A model generated the notes under the pieces. The model was given only the letters and a program-made list of their open reading frames with translations, was not told the origin of the DNA and made no database searches. From contig JAYTWK010000013.1 of assembly GCA_043743715.1 (NCBI GenBank), positions 5,268 through 69,267 on the forward strand: DNA of 64,000 nucleotides, given 5' to 3'. The translations under genes were made by a program, and so were the position numbers. This DNA is from a bacterium (GTDB lineage: Bacteria; Patescibacteriota; Minisyncoccia; Phycocordibacterales; UBA6899). The stretch's first letter is position 1. The number at the start of each line of letters is the position of its first letter. This document shows, in pieces, positions 18,359 to 27,696 of the stretch.

Positions 18359-19372
18359 ATGCAAAAAAGATATGATGTCGCAGGGATTGGCAGTGCACTT
18401 CTGGATTTGATTGTTGAGGTTCCAGATACCATGCTCGCGGAAGCAGGACTATCGAAGAGTACAATGACACTTATCAGCAAGGAGGAAAGTCAGCGAATCT
18501 TCGATCTTCTCCGTACACGTCATTTCCTTGTCGCGCCTGGCGGAAGTGCTGCAAATACGCTTGCAGGAGTAAGTGTGTTGGGCGGGCAGTCTCTCTTCAT
18601 GGGTCAGATTGGTGCTGATGAGCACGGAGATACATATGAGCAAAAAAGCAAAGCTGCGGGGGTGACCGGTATGCTTTCAAGAAATTCGGCGGTTGCCACC
18701 GGACATGCCATCACCTTGGTTACTCCAGATGGTGAACGGACATTTGCGACACACCTGGGAGCTTCACTACACTTTCGAAAGAGCGATGTGAATGAGGAGG
18801 GTATTGCCGCGAGTAAGATCGTCCATTTTGAGGGGTACCAGCTCGATGACCCACAGCTCAGAGCTGCAGTGATATGGGCGATGGAAATAGCAAAAGCAAA
18901 TGATACGCTCGTCTCAATTGATCTTTCAGATCCTGGAGTGATCACAAGAAATACTGTTACTGTTATGGAGCTGATCAACAGCTATGTGGACATCTTGTTT
19001 GTAAACGAAGTTGAGGCTGAAGCACTAACCGGAAGGCCTGCGAAAGAAGCGGTTGCCGTTATCGCCGAACTCTGTGATATAGCGGTAGTGAAGATTGGCA
19101 GTGGGGGAAGCTATATAAAGCGCGGAGAAGCCCTACATCAGATTTCTGTATATCCGGTACAAGTGGAAAACACTAATGGGGCAGGTGATATGTATGCTGC
19201 GGGAATTCTCTACGGATTAACACAAGGTCTCCCGCTAGAAACAGCGGGAAAGATAGCGAGCTTTGCGGCCTCACGGGTAGTTGCACAAAAAGAAGCCCGC
19301 TTAAATGTAAACGGAACAAGAGAAGTTCGTGAGTTCACTCTGCGTATGCTCCTTGACGCGCCAGATAAATAA
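18359..19372 (+). CDS. Adenosine kinase (PfkB family)
   Basis: GSALLD, PGGSAANT, DGERTFATHLGAS, NTNGAGDMYAAG. Confidence 0.88.
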   Translation: MQKRYDVAGIGSALLDLIVEVPDTMLAEAGLSKSTMTLISKEESQRIFDLLRTRHFLVAPGGSAANTLAGVSVLGGQSLFMGQIGADEHGDTYEQKSKAAGVTGMLSRNSAVATGHAITLVTPDGERTFATHLGASLHFRKSDVNEEGIAASKIVHFEGYQLDDPQLRAAVIWAMEIAKANDTLVSIDLSDPGVITRNTVTVMELINSYVDILFVNEVEAEALTGRPAKEAVAVIAELCDIAVVKIGSGGSYIKRGEALHQISVYPVQVENTNGAGDMYAAGILYGLTQGLPLETAGKIASFAASRVVAQKEARLNVNGTREVREFTLRMLLDAPDK

Positions 19373-19466
19373 TGGCGACGCGATAAAATGGCCTATTGTG
19401 ACTTGTTGTTCTTTCCAGTGCCCGTTATGATGATGAGCTATATAACACAATTAATATAATTTTTTC

Positions 19467-20876
19467 ATGAACGAAACTGAAAACTATAAAGTGCGCGACA
19501 TCTCACTTGCAGAATTTGGTCGCAAGGAGATTGATATGGCAGAAAAGGAAATGCCGGGACTCATGTCGATCCGCGCGAAGTATGGAAAGAAGAAAACATT
19601 AAAGGGAGCGCGTATTACGGGAAGTTTACACATGACGATTCAGACAGCGGTGCTTATCGAGACGCTTGTAGCGCTTGGAGCAGAGGTGCGATGGGCTTCA
19701 TGCAATATCTACTCCACTCAGGATCATGCGGCCGCTGCGATTGCAAAGAGTGGTGTGCCGGTATTCGCATGGAAAGGAATGTCGCTCCAGGATTACTGGT
19801 GGTGTACTGAACGCGCACTCGACTTTGGAAATGGCAAGGGACCCAATCTGATCGTTGACGACGGCGGCGATGCAACGATGATGATCCATCGCGGAGTGGC
19901 GATCGAAAAGAATCCTGCGCTTCTCAAGAAGACAGCGGGCTTAAACGAAGAAGAGCTTGCACTACTCAGTATCCTCAAGCGTTCATATGAGCAAGATAAG
20001 AAGCGCTGGAGTGCCGTGGTGAAGGGAATGAAGGGTGTTTCGGAGGAGACCACTACCGGCGTCAATCGTCTCTACCAGATGTGGAAGGAAGGGAAGCTCT
20101 TGTTTCCGTCGATCAATGTCAATGATTCGGTGACAAAGTCCAAATTCGACAATCTCTACGGTTGCCGAGAAAGTCTAGCCGACGGTATCAAGCGGGCGAC
20201 CAATGTAATGATCGCGGGGAAGACCGTGGTGATATGCGGTTTTGGGAACGTCGGGAAGGGTTGCGCACAGAGTATGCGAGGATTTGGTGCCCGCGTTCTT
20301 GTTACTGAGATCGACCCGATTTGTGCGCTACAGGCGGCAATGGAAGGTTATGAAGTCACTACAGTGGAAGATGCACTTGTGCATGGTGATATCTATGTGA
20401 CGACAACAGGCGCATGCGATATTATTCGCATCGAGCACATGGAGAAGATGAAAGATCAGGCGATCGTGTGCAACATCGGTCATTTTGATAATGAGATACA
20501 GATGGCCAAGCTCGAAACCTACCCCAAGATCAAAGAGATCAATATTAAACCGCAGGTCGATAAGTTTGTATTTCCTGATAAACATGAAATCATCGTGCTC
20601 TCGCGCGGACGCCTGGTAAATCTTGGAAATGCTGAAGGTCATCCAAGTTTTGTGATGAGTAGTTCATTCACCAATCAAGTGCTTGCGCAGATCGACCTCT
20701 GGGAAAACAAGCGTGAGATAGGAGTGCATATTCTCCCAAAGTTTCTTGACGAAGAGGTTGCGCGCCTTCATCTTGGGAAACTTGGAGTCAAACTTACTCA
20801 ACTGACAAAAGCACAGGCGAAATACATAAATGTTGATCAGCATGGACCGTACAAGCCCGATCATTATCGATACTAG
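19467..20876 (+). CDS. ahcY: S-adenosyl-L-homocysteine hydrolase
   Basis: [63 protein letters not shown]. Confidence 0.98.
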   Translation: MNETENYKVRDISLAEFGRKEIDMAEKEMPGLMSIRAKYGKKKTLKGARITGSLHMTIQTAVLIETLVALGAEVRWASCNIYSTQDHAAAAIAKSGVPVFAWKGMSLQDYWWCTERALDFGNGKGPNLIVDDGGDATMMIHRGVAIEKNPALLKKTAGLNEEELALLSILKRSYEQDKKRWSAVVKGMKGVSEETTTGVNRLYQMWKEGKLLFPSINVNDSVTKSKFDNLYGCRESLADGIKRATNVMIAGKTVVICGFGNVGKGCAQSMRGFGARVLVTEIDPICALQAAMEGYEVTTVEDALVHGDIYVTTTGACDIIRIEHMEKMKDQAIVCNIGHFDNEIQMAKLETYPKIKEINIKPQVDKFVFPDKHEIIVLSRGRLVNLGNAEGHPSFVMSSSFTNQVLAQIDLWENKREIGVHILPKFLDEEVARLHLGKLGVKLTQLTKAQAKYINVDQHGPYKPDHYRY

Positions 20877-21004
20877 GCTGAGATAAATAGACTAGCGGAG
20901 CCTAAGTCGATTGTCATCGGCTTTGTTCTGGGTAATTAGATGAGACCTTGTCTGACTTCAAAACTTTTGCTAATATCCTCTTACGATTCAATTCTATTGG
21001 AAAG

Positions 21005-21104
21005 TATGGGCGGTTACGCTATCTTGGTAGGTATACTCAGTAAACATATTATGAGCGAGAGTTTAGTTGAAGGAAGAATATTGGGCGGTTAGCTGTTTTG
21101 GTAG
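21005..21104 (+). repeat. Degenerate tandem copies of the tRNA-Val(GAC) 5' end
   Basis: GGGCGGTTACGCTATCTTGGTAG (21008) and GGGCGGTTAGCTGTTTTGGTAG (21083), weaker copy near 21053, versus tRNA GGGCGGTTAGCTCAGTTGGTAG (21123). Confidence 0.8.
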
Positions 21105-21122
21105 TTAAGCTGAAGTTTATAT

Positions 21123-21195
21123 GGGCGGTTAGCTCAGTTGGTAGAGCGCCACTTTGACGTAGTGGATGTCAGAGGTTCGACTCCTCTATCGCCCA
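21123..21195 (+). tRNA. tRNA-Val(GAC)
   Basis: GGGCGGT/ATCGCCC acceptor, anticodon loop TTGACGT, GGTTCGACTCC T arm. Confidence 0.95.
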
Positions 21196-21528
21196 CAAGA
21201 AACACACCCAGAGGGGTGTGTTTTGCTGTGGGCGAAGAAAGCGGAGCTTTCGCTAGAGGAGTCGAAGCCGTTCTCCCATATTTACGAACAATTCATATCG
21301 TAAGTAAATGGGAAACGGGTACTGCGCCCGTAGGGCGAGACTTCCTCTATCACCCATGCGTTGGCGAGAGAATTATTCGTGACCGACTCCATCGGAGCTT
21401 TCGCTAGAGGAGTCGAAGACCCTGAGTATATTTCGTCTTCGAAATACGAAGGGTGTACCGTCCCTGTAAGGGAAGACTCCTCAAAATACTCCCGTAAGGG
21501 TATGTTTGTTGCTTTAAAGAAATCCCTC

Positions 21529-22461
21529 TTAATTCGTATGAAGATGCAAGTAAATATCCTCAAGCGCTTTGACTGCGTCACCGGCGGCGATGTTGTTCTG
21601 ATGATAAAGTCCGTCGGTGCAGTCGCCCGCAGCCCAAATACCCGGTGTCTTTGTCATTTGTGTGCGCGGGTCGACAATGATGTGTCCAATCTTGTCGATT
21701 TCGACAACATCCTTCACAAAAGCGGTCGAAGGAATGAGACCTATTTCGACAAAGATTCCACTTGCAGGTAGTGTTTTCTGCTCCCCGCTAGAAAGATCAC
21801 TGTATACCAGTCCGGTAACAAACTTTTCACCTTTGACTTCAACCAGTTCGGTATTTGTGACGGCTTTCATTTTCGGGTTTGCGAGCACTTTTTCAACGGT
21901 AACCGGATCCGCGCGGAAATCCTTGCTGCGCTGAATAAGCGTGACCGACTTTGAGTAGGCGAGAAGCTGCGCTGCGGTTTCAAAAGCCGCATTGCCACCG
22001 CCGACAACTACGACATCCATTCCGCCGTACAGCGGTCCGTCACATGAAGCACAGTAGGTGACACCTTTATTATCGAATACATCAGCTCCGGGAATGGTGA
22101 GTTTTCTGCGGGTGCTTCCAACAGTGATAAGAATGGTCTTGGTGTCGAAGGACTCACCTCCCTCGGTTTTCACTGTAAAGCCAGCATCCTTCGCTTCAGT
22201 TTTTTTTTGAATACCGGAAACTTTTCCTTCCTTGATATCGACGATATCCGCTTTGTATTCTTCAAGATGTGCCTTGAGGTCTGATGCGAGCTTTGCACCT
22301 GCAATATGCGCTGTGCCAATCCAGTTCTGGATGTCTTCAGAGACGATAGACTGACCACCCCACTCAGCTGTGATAAAGCAGGTTTTTAAGCGTTTGCGGG
22401 CCGCATAGACCCCTGCGGCAACGCCCGCCGGTCCACCTCCGATGATGGTTAAGTCGTACAT
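21529..22461 (-). CDS. trxB: Thioredoxin-disulfide reductase (TrxB/AhpF-C-like)
   Basis: GGGPAG, YCASCDG, GGGNAA, AAGD. Confidence 0.88.
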   Translation of the reverse strand: MYDLTIIGGGPAGVAAGVYAARKRLKTCFITAEWGGQSIVSEDIQNWIGTAHIAGAKLASDLKAHLEEYKADIVDIKEGKVSGIQKKTEAKDAGFTVKTEGGESFDTKTILITVGSTRRKLTIPGADVFDNKGVTYCASCDGPLYGGMDVVVVGGGNAAFETAAQLLAYSKSVTLIQRSKDFRADPVTVEKVLANPKMKAVTNTELVEVKGEKFVTGLVYSDLSSGEQKTLPASGIFVEIGLIPSTAFVKDVVEIDKIGHIIVDPRTQMTKTPGIWAAGDCTDGLYHQNNIAAGDAVKALEDIYLHLHTN

Positions 22462-22712
22462 GTGAAAAAGTATAAAGTATTAAGTATATTGTATCGAGTA
22501 TAAATTCAACACCACATAATGTAAAGTATACTGTACATTTTAAATCTCACAAATTAACTTCGCTAAAAATTTCGATGAGATACGAGGTGAGGTGGGATGA
22601 TTGGGAACCCGTCTTCGGGAATCCCACCGCAAGACCTTTTGAGATTTTGTCTTAAAAATCCAAAAGGTGTACTGCGCCTGTAAGGCGGCAAGAATTCGTA
22701 GATCGCGAAATT

Positions 22713-23996
22713 TTAGCGAAGTTTTGAGCGGCGAAGGAAGGAGGGAATAACACCCAGATCATCATCCTCATCCTCCTCTTCTTTCTCCTTTTCTTGATTG
22801 CGACCCACCGAGATTACTCGCGGCTTGTCTTCAGGGATAGTATTGAAGATTGCACGCTCGGAGCCTTCCTTGTCTCTGCGGACCGCATCGGTAAATTTTT
22901 CCTTACCTCCATGAAAGAGACCGCCGCGTTGTTCCTGCACTTCTTCCTCTTCTTCCTCATCCTCATTTTCGAGCTGCACTGCTTTCGATGATTGCTGCGC
23001 TGCGTGTCGGTCCATCTGCTTCTTCATAGGTGCGCGGCCTGTAGCGTCCGGGAAACCGGAGGCGATGACAGTAATCTTTATCTCACCCTTCCTGACCTTG
23101 TCGTCGATGATCGCACCGAAGATGACTTTAGCATTGCCGTCGACTGATTCGGTGATGACCTTGGCGGCTTCCTGAATCTCGTTCATGGTCATGTCTTCGC
23201 CGCCGGCAATGGCGAACAATACTCCGCGTGCGCCGGAAATGGTGACATCAAGTAGTGGGGAATTGATAGCCATATGCGCAGCTTCGACCGCGCGATTTTC
23301 GCCGGTAGCGATACCGATACCCATGAGTGCAGTGCCGGCATTCTGCATGATGGCCTTGATATCTGCGAAGTCGACATTGATGAGGCCCGGAGTGGTGATG
23401 AGGTCTGAAATGCCTTCCACCGCCTGGCGCAAAACTTCGTCAACCTGTGCAAATGCAGAAAGAATAGTTGTGTCTTTTGAGGATGCGAGTAGTTTATCGT
23501 TAGGGATGATGATCAGCGCGTCGACTTCTGCTTCGAGCGCCTCTAGGCCGCTCTCTGCGAGATTCATACGCTGCGGTCCTTCGAAAAAGAACGGTTTGGT
23601 TACGACGCCGATAGTGAGTGCATTCAATTCGCGTGCGGTCTTTGCAACGATAGGCGAGGCGCCGGTGCCTGTGCCGCCGCCCATGCCGCACGCAATGAAC
23701 ACCATGTCGGCACCTTTCAGTGCTTCCTGGATTTCTTCTTTGGTCTCTTCAGCGGCACGACGTCCGAGTTCGGGATTCATTCCCGTTCCAAGACCGCGTG
23801 TCAGATTCTTGCCGATATGAATCTTCTTTGATGCAAGTGAGTTGTGCAGGTCTTGTGCGTCAGTATTCGCAACAATGAATTCTACCCCGGTCACTTTTGA
23901 GCGCACCATGTGATTCACTGCGTTTCGTCCGGACCCTCCGACTCCGACAACCTTTATGCGCGCGAATGCTTCGATTTCTGGATTAATTTTGGGCAT
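22713..23996 (-). CDS. ftsZ: Cell division GTPase FtsZ
   Basis: GMGGGTGTG, NVDFAD, C-terminal IPSFLRR. Confidence 0.99.
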   Translation of the reverse strand: MPKINPEIEAFARIKVVGVGGSGRNAVNHMVRSKVTGVEFIVANTDAQDLHNSLASKKIHIGKNLTRGLGTGMNPELGRRAAEETKEEIQEALKGADMVFIACGMGGGTGTGASPIVAKTARELNALTIGVVTKPFFFEGPQRMNLAESGLEALEAEVDALIIIPNDKLLASSKDTTILSAFAQVDEVLRQAVEGISDLITTPGLINVDFADIKAIMQNAGTALMGIGIATGENRAVEAAHMAINSPLLDVTISGARGVLFAIAGGEDMTMNEIQEAAKVITESVDGNAKVIFGAIIDDKVRKGEIKITVIASGFPDATGRAPMKKQMDRHAAQQSSKAVQLENEDEEEEEEVQEQRGGLFHGGKEKFTDAVRRDKEGSERAIFNTIPEDKPRVISVGRNQEKEKEEEDEDDDLGVIPSFLRRSKLR

Positions 23997-24196
23997 GTTA
24001 ACAACAATTTAGGACACCGTCCTCGCGGTATCTGCTACTCAATAATACAGCTAGTATAACAAACTATTGGTGGTAAGAAAATCCACCCCCCTACGAACCC
24101 TACAAACAATTTGAGTCGAAAATACCTTGCAAAAACAAGATTCCGTGTTGTGGGATCGTGCGCGAGGGATATCGAGAGAAAAAACCTTAAAACTGA

Positions 24197-25375
24197 CTAG
24201 GGAAGCAGCTGCTTTAAGAGGTTGCGGAAAGTATCTTTCATACGGCGGCCAATGCCCCCCCCGCTGCCCTGACTTTGACGGTCGTTCCCGGCGCCCCAGA
24301 TGGTGAGTCCATATGCGACGAACCAAGAGGTATCTTTGATATGTTTACGAGATTTAGGATCGTTGGTAAAATCAAGATTAACCGAAGGAATCTTCGACGG
24401 CAGCTTCATCGCCGCCTTGGCAAAGTCTTCGAGCGTCTCGATACCCGACCCACCGCCGGTCAAGATGATACCTGCAGGGAGGAGCTCGTGCTTGCCTATC
24501 TTTTTTAAGTGCGCGATGACGAGTGAGAACATATCTTCGAGTCGAGTGAGAACGATGTCATTCAATTTCTTTCTCGGGTATTGATGGCTACCTTTGCCGA
24601 GTTTTATCATCTCGGCTTCTTCGAGCGGAATCTTGAGTCCGAGTGCGATGTCGTTGGTGATGTTGGTTGAGCCGATAGGGAATACCTCGAGTGAGATAGG
24701 AAGATTCTCTTCGTATACGACGATAGAGACTGTCTCTGCGCCGATGTTCGCAAGTATACATCCAGCCATGCGCTGCGCTTTGGTGAGTGCGACGAATGAT
24801 GCGGCGATTGGTGCCGCACAGGCATCGATGACTTCGACACCGGCTTCTTCGACCGAGCGTATGAGATCATTTAAATGTTGATCAAGACAAGTGACCACGA
24901 GAGATCGTGATTCAAGCTTGAGCCCTTTCATGCCTGCCGGCCTGCCGTAGATAGGTTTACCATCGATAGTGTATGAAATAGGGATAGTGTGAAGAATGCG
25001 TTTGTTGGCGGCGTTTGGAAGATTGGTTTCGCATGCGTGGTATGCCCGCTCGACGTCGCTTTCGGTAATCTCTGAATCTGCGCGCGAGATGATGGCGGCG
25101 CCGGTGGTCTGAGCCCCTTCGAGTCCGACTCCGCCAACTGAGAGGAATGCTTCGCGCACGCGCACGCCAGCGCTCTGCTGTGCTTCGTCGACCGCCGTGC
25201 GCACACTCTTTAGTGCGTCGGCGATATTGATGATGTAGCCGTGACGAAGTCCGCGCGATTCAGATTTACCCATGCCGATGATATGTGGAAGACCGGTACC
25301 TGGAGTGTACTCGGTAATGACCACACGAACGGTGTGGGTGCCTATGTCTATTCCTGTGATAATACGTTTAGTCAT
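24197..25375 (-). CDS. ftsA: Cell division protein FtsA
   Basis: GIDIGT, G..ESRGLRHG, GSTNITNDIA, GIILTGGGS; upstream of ftsZ. Confidence 0.95.
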   Translation of the reverse strand: MTKRIITGIDIGTHTVRVVITEYTPGTGLPHIIGMGKSESRGLRHGYIINIADALKSVRTAVDEAQQSAGVRVREAFLSVGGVGLEGAQTTGAAIISRADSEITESDVERAYHACETNLPNAANKRILHTIPISYTIDGKPIYGRPAGMKGLKLESRSLVVTCLDQHLNDLIRSVEEAGVEVIDACAAPIAASFVALTKAQRMAGCILANIGAETVSIVVYEENLPISLEVFPIGSTNITNDIALGLKIPLEEAEMIKLGKGSHQYPRKKLNDIVLTRLEDMFSLVIAHLKKIGKHELLPAGIILTGGGSGIETLEDFAKAAMKLPSKIPSVNLDFTNDPKSRKHIKDTSWFVAYGLTIWGAGNDRQSQGSGGGIGRRMKDTFRNLLKQLLP

Positions 25376-25600
25376 TTGAAGTGTTCCGGCGGCTCTGCGA
25401 GAAGCTATTTTCGCGCCCTGCATCGTTCTTTTTCTGCGGGGTCACGTAGCAGTATAGCTTATACAGCTCCTGTGACACTCCTCAAAAAATAACGATGCAT
25501 TTCATCGAAAATTTCTTTCTCGCAGGTGTGCATAAGTACCGTATTTCTTAATCCGCGTGTGGGCGACGGGAACAATAAAGCACTTCCGCGCTAAACGTAT

Positions 25601-26011
25601 TTACGAAAGAGTATTCCGTATCTTCAGTTTGGCGAGGAGCTTTGCTTCTTGCTCTTCCATTGTACTCCCGTGACGCATTCCTTTCAAATGCAACATTCCG
25701 TGGATAACCAAGAGTGCAACGAAGAATTCGTAAGATTCGCCGCGCGCCTTGTGCTCGCGCTTGGCCTGCTTTAAGTTGAGAAATATTTCTCCTTGCTTTT
25801 TGCTGAGAGGGAAGGAGAGTACGTTGGGAATATATGACTTGCCGCGATAGGTTTTGTTAAGTGATTGGGAGCGCTTATCCCCGACAAAGACCAGGGAGAG
25901 GTCATAGTCCTTCTCAAGCGTTGCTTGCTTCATATCAAAAAAAGCCAGGCGGGGAATCCTGTCTTTTGTTGTGGAGTGTATTGAAAAACTATCCTTTACG
26001 TCCTTCGCCAT
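25601..26011 (-). CDS. ybeY: rRNA maturation RNase YbeY
   Basis: LNKTYRGK..PNVLSF, HGMLHLKGMRH. Confidence 0.93.
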   Translation of the reverse strand: MAKDVKDSFSIHSTTKDRIPRLAFFDMKQATLEKDYDLSLVFVGDKRSQSLNKTYRGKSYIPNVLSFPLSKKQGEIFLNLKQAKREHKARGESYEFFVALLVIHGMLHLKGMRHGSTMEEQEAKLLAKLKIRNTLS

Positions 26012-26243
26012 GTACCTTATCAGGTATCTTGCCGAGCTTCTTTAAGCGGTCGTAGCTTTTGGTCTTCTCCATGGTCACAAGCGCGCGGCGCTTGGTCTTG
26101 AGTTTGGACATCTTGCGATTGTGGTAGCGCTCTTCTCGGACTTTCACGAGTGCTTGGGTAGACTGGACGCGTTTGGTAAAACGGCGAATAAGTGCCGCTG
26201 CCGATTCATTACCTTGCTTCTTTACTTCTGCGATGATTTTCAT
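25989..26243 (-). CDS. rpsU: 30S ribosomal protein bS21
   Basis: EVKK..NES...LIRRFTKRVQ, basic, adjacent to ybeY. Confidence 0.8.
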   Translation of the reverse strand: MKIIAEVKKQGNESAAALIRRFTKRVQSTQALVKVREERYHNRKMSKLKTKRRALVTMEKTKSYDRLKKLGKIPDKVHGEGRKG

Positions 26244-26362
26244 CCCGTTAGAAATTAATTCTTGTGTAAATTCAATAAAAGTTAGAGTATGCTGGAGTGT
26301 TTTCTGCCCCTTTTCTCCTCGACTAGGCTTCGGAAGTGCTGCACTTCCTATTTCTAACAGGA
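26244..26362 (-). mobile_element. Start-codon insertion element copy 1 (rpsU)
   Basis: Minus strand ATGAA-TCCTGTTAGAAAT...ATTTCTAACGGG-ATGAA. Confidence 0.8.
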
Positions 26363-26437
26363 TTCATACGTGGGGCTTATCCTAACATGTCCTCAAAAAA
26401 GCTGCAATAGAGCGCCTTTGGGGTCAAAAGAGGTATT

Positions 26438-26812
26438 AAAAAGGCGCCTAATGAAGGCGCCAATATTCGCACAGAAATGTACATTTGCCGATTCCGGCGG
26501 TGGTAACAGAGCAACAAAGTACCCGTCACCACCGCCGGCTCGTACAACCCTGAAAGTGGCGGTAAATCAGAAGGTTAGGGACACCTTCTTGGCCAGTGGT
26601 GCGGCGAGCATAGCTTCAGCCGCAACTAAGATCCATAGGTGTCTGACGAGAGCACGTCGTCCCTCTCTAGAGGAAACGCTTATGCCACAGCGCTTGGTGC
26701 CTTTTAGGGCAAGTAGCGCTAGCGCCGTTCTTCACATACGGATCGGTCTTTGAAAACAGCAATTCGGGCCACCAACCCGGCATGCCGGATGAAGCGCGAC
26801 CTCGCCTATCTA
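26438..26812 (-). ncRNA. Unassigned ~370-nt structured ncRNA candidate
   Basis: Promoter TTGACA-16-(TGG)TAGTAT at about 26846-26819, many GC-rich stems, terminator GGCGCCTTCATTAGGCGCC plus T5; no convincing ORF. Confidence 0.6.
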
Positions 26813-26958
26813 TTCCAGATACTACCAGGTATATTTTCTTTGTCAATGATTTTCATCGTTACTGAGGGCAGTCCTCTGTAAAAGGGGTACCCTTGTAAAA
26901 TGGGCACTTTTACTAACTCAGTCGATAGGCAGAGTTAGTAAAAGTGGAGTTTGGGATA

Positions 26959-26989
26959 AAAAATCTGCCGCACGGTGAAGTGCGGCAGG
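26959..26989 (-). terminator. Intrinsic terminator of 27025-27591 gene
   Basis: CTGCCGCAC-TTCACC-GTGCGGCAG then ATTTTTT on minus strand. Confidence 0.7.
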
Positions 26990-27024
26990 GGGGGTGACCC
27001 GAAAAGAACGAACGGTTCACTTCG

Positions 27025-27591
27025 TCAATTATTCAGCTTGGCTTTCATTCGACAGGTCCAGCCGGCGGTTGGGATGGACAGTTCAATCGTCATCTCTTTC
27101 TGGTCAATCGTGAACCGTGTTTCGTCGATGGGAATCGCGCTCGGTATGCCGTTGACTTGCTGCACATCAATCTTCATCGAGTATCTTCTCAAACTACCCT
27201 TTTTCTCGCGCAGTGTGAGGGTAATGGTGCCAGAGATCGGCAGTTTCACGGGCTTTGTCATGATGGTAATCGGGTCAAGCATCCAGCCGGTGAATCGATT
27301 GACTGTCTTCCTGTTCAACGCAGTGGGATAGAGCTTCTTCGGTTTCTTCATGATATAGCCCAGCATCTTGCCCTCTGACACCCAGCTGTCTGAGGTTTCC
27401 GTTGTGACATCGTCCAATACTCCATCGAGGTAAGTTGTTGCGACGTCACCTTGAGATGTCTTGTCGAACACGATGAGAATCTTTTTCGGAAACGATGGAA
27501 CATCCGTGCAGTCGAACTCACGGGTGACAGAGGCGGCCGCAACTAGAGAAGAGATCCCGAGCAGAAGCAAAAAAACAAATGAACGTAGCAT
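27025..27591 (-). CDS. Hypothetical secreted protein
   Basis: Signal peptide, SD AAGGAG, two Cys near the termini. Confidence 0.75.
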   Translation of the reverse strand: MLRSFVFLLLLGISSLVAAASVTREFDCTDVPSFPKKILIVFDKTSQGDVATTYLDGVLDDVTTETSDSWVSEGKMLGYIMKKPKKLYPTALNRKTVNRFTGWMLDPITIMTKPVKLPISGTITLTLREKKGSLRRYSMKIDVQQVNGIPSAIPIDETRFTIDQKEMTIELSIPTAGWTCRMKAKLNN

Positions 27592-27696
27592 AGCTGACTC
27601 CTTGTGTTGTGTGGGGAACTAAGAACATAAATATTATATCACGAAACTATAAATTACGCAAGTATCTGCTAGCAACAAAATACCCTTATAAATAAA

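Noticed and set aside
19373-19466. SAH riboswitch upstream of ahcY
   Set aside because: AT-rich; conserved GAGGAGCG/CAGGCUC core not present
21005-21145. CRISPR array
   Set aside because: Repeats are degenerate tRNA 5' ends with irregular short spacers; no cas genes in the window
18297-21195. Adenosine kinase-ahcY as an att-flanked island
   Set aside because: The tRNA 3' repeat lies before these genes, not after them; no integrase
26438-26812. tmRNA or RNase P RNA (size fits)
   Set aside because: No tRNA-like GGGG...UUCGA...CCA ends and no GAGGAAAGUCC/P4 pairing found on either strand
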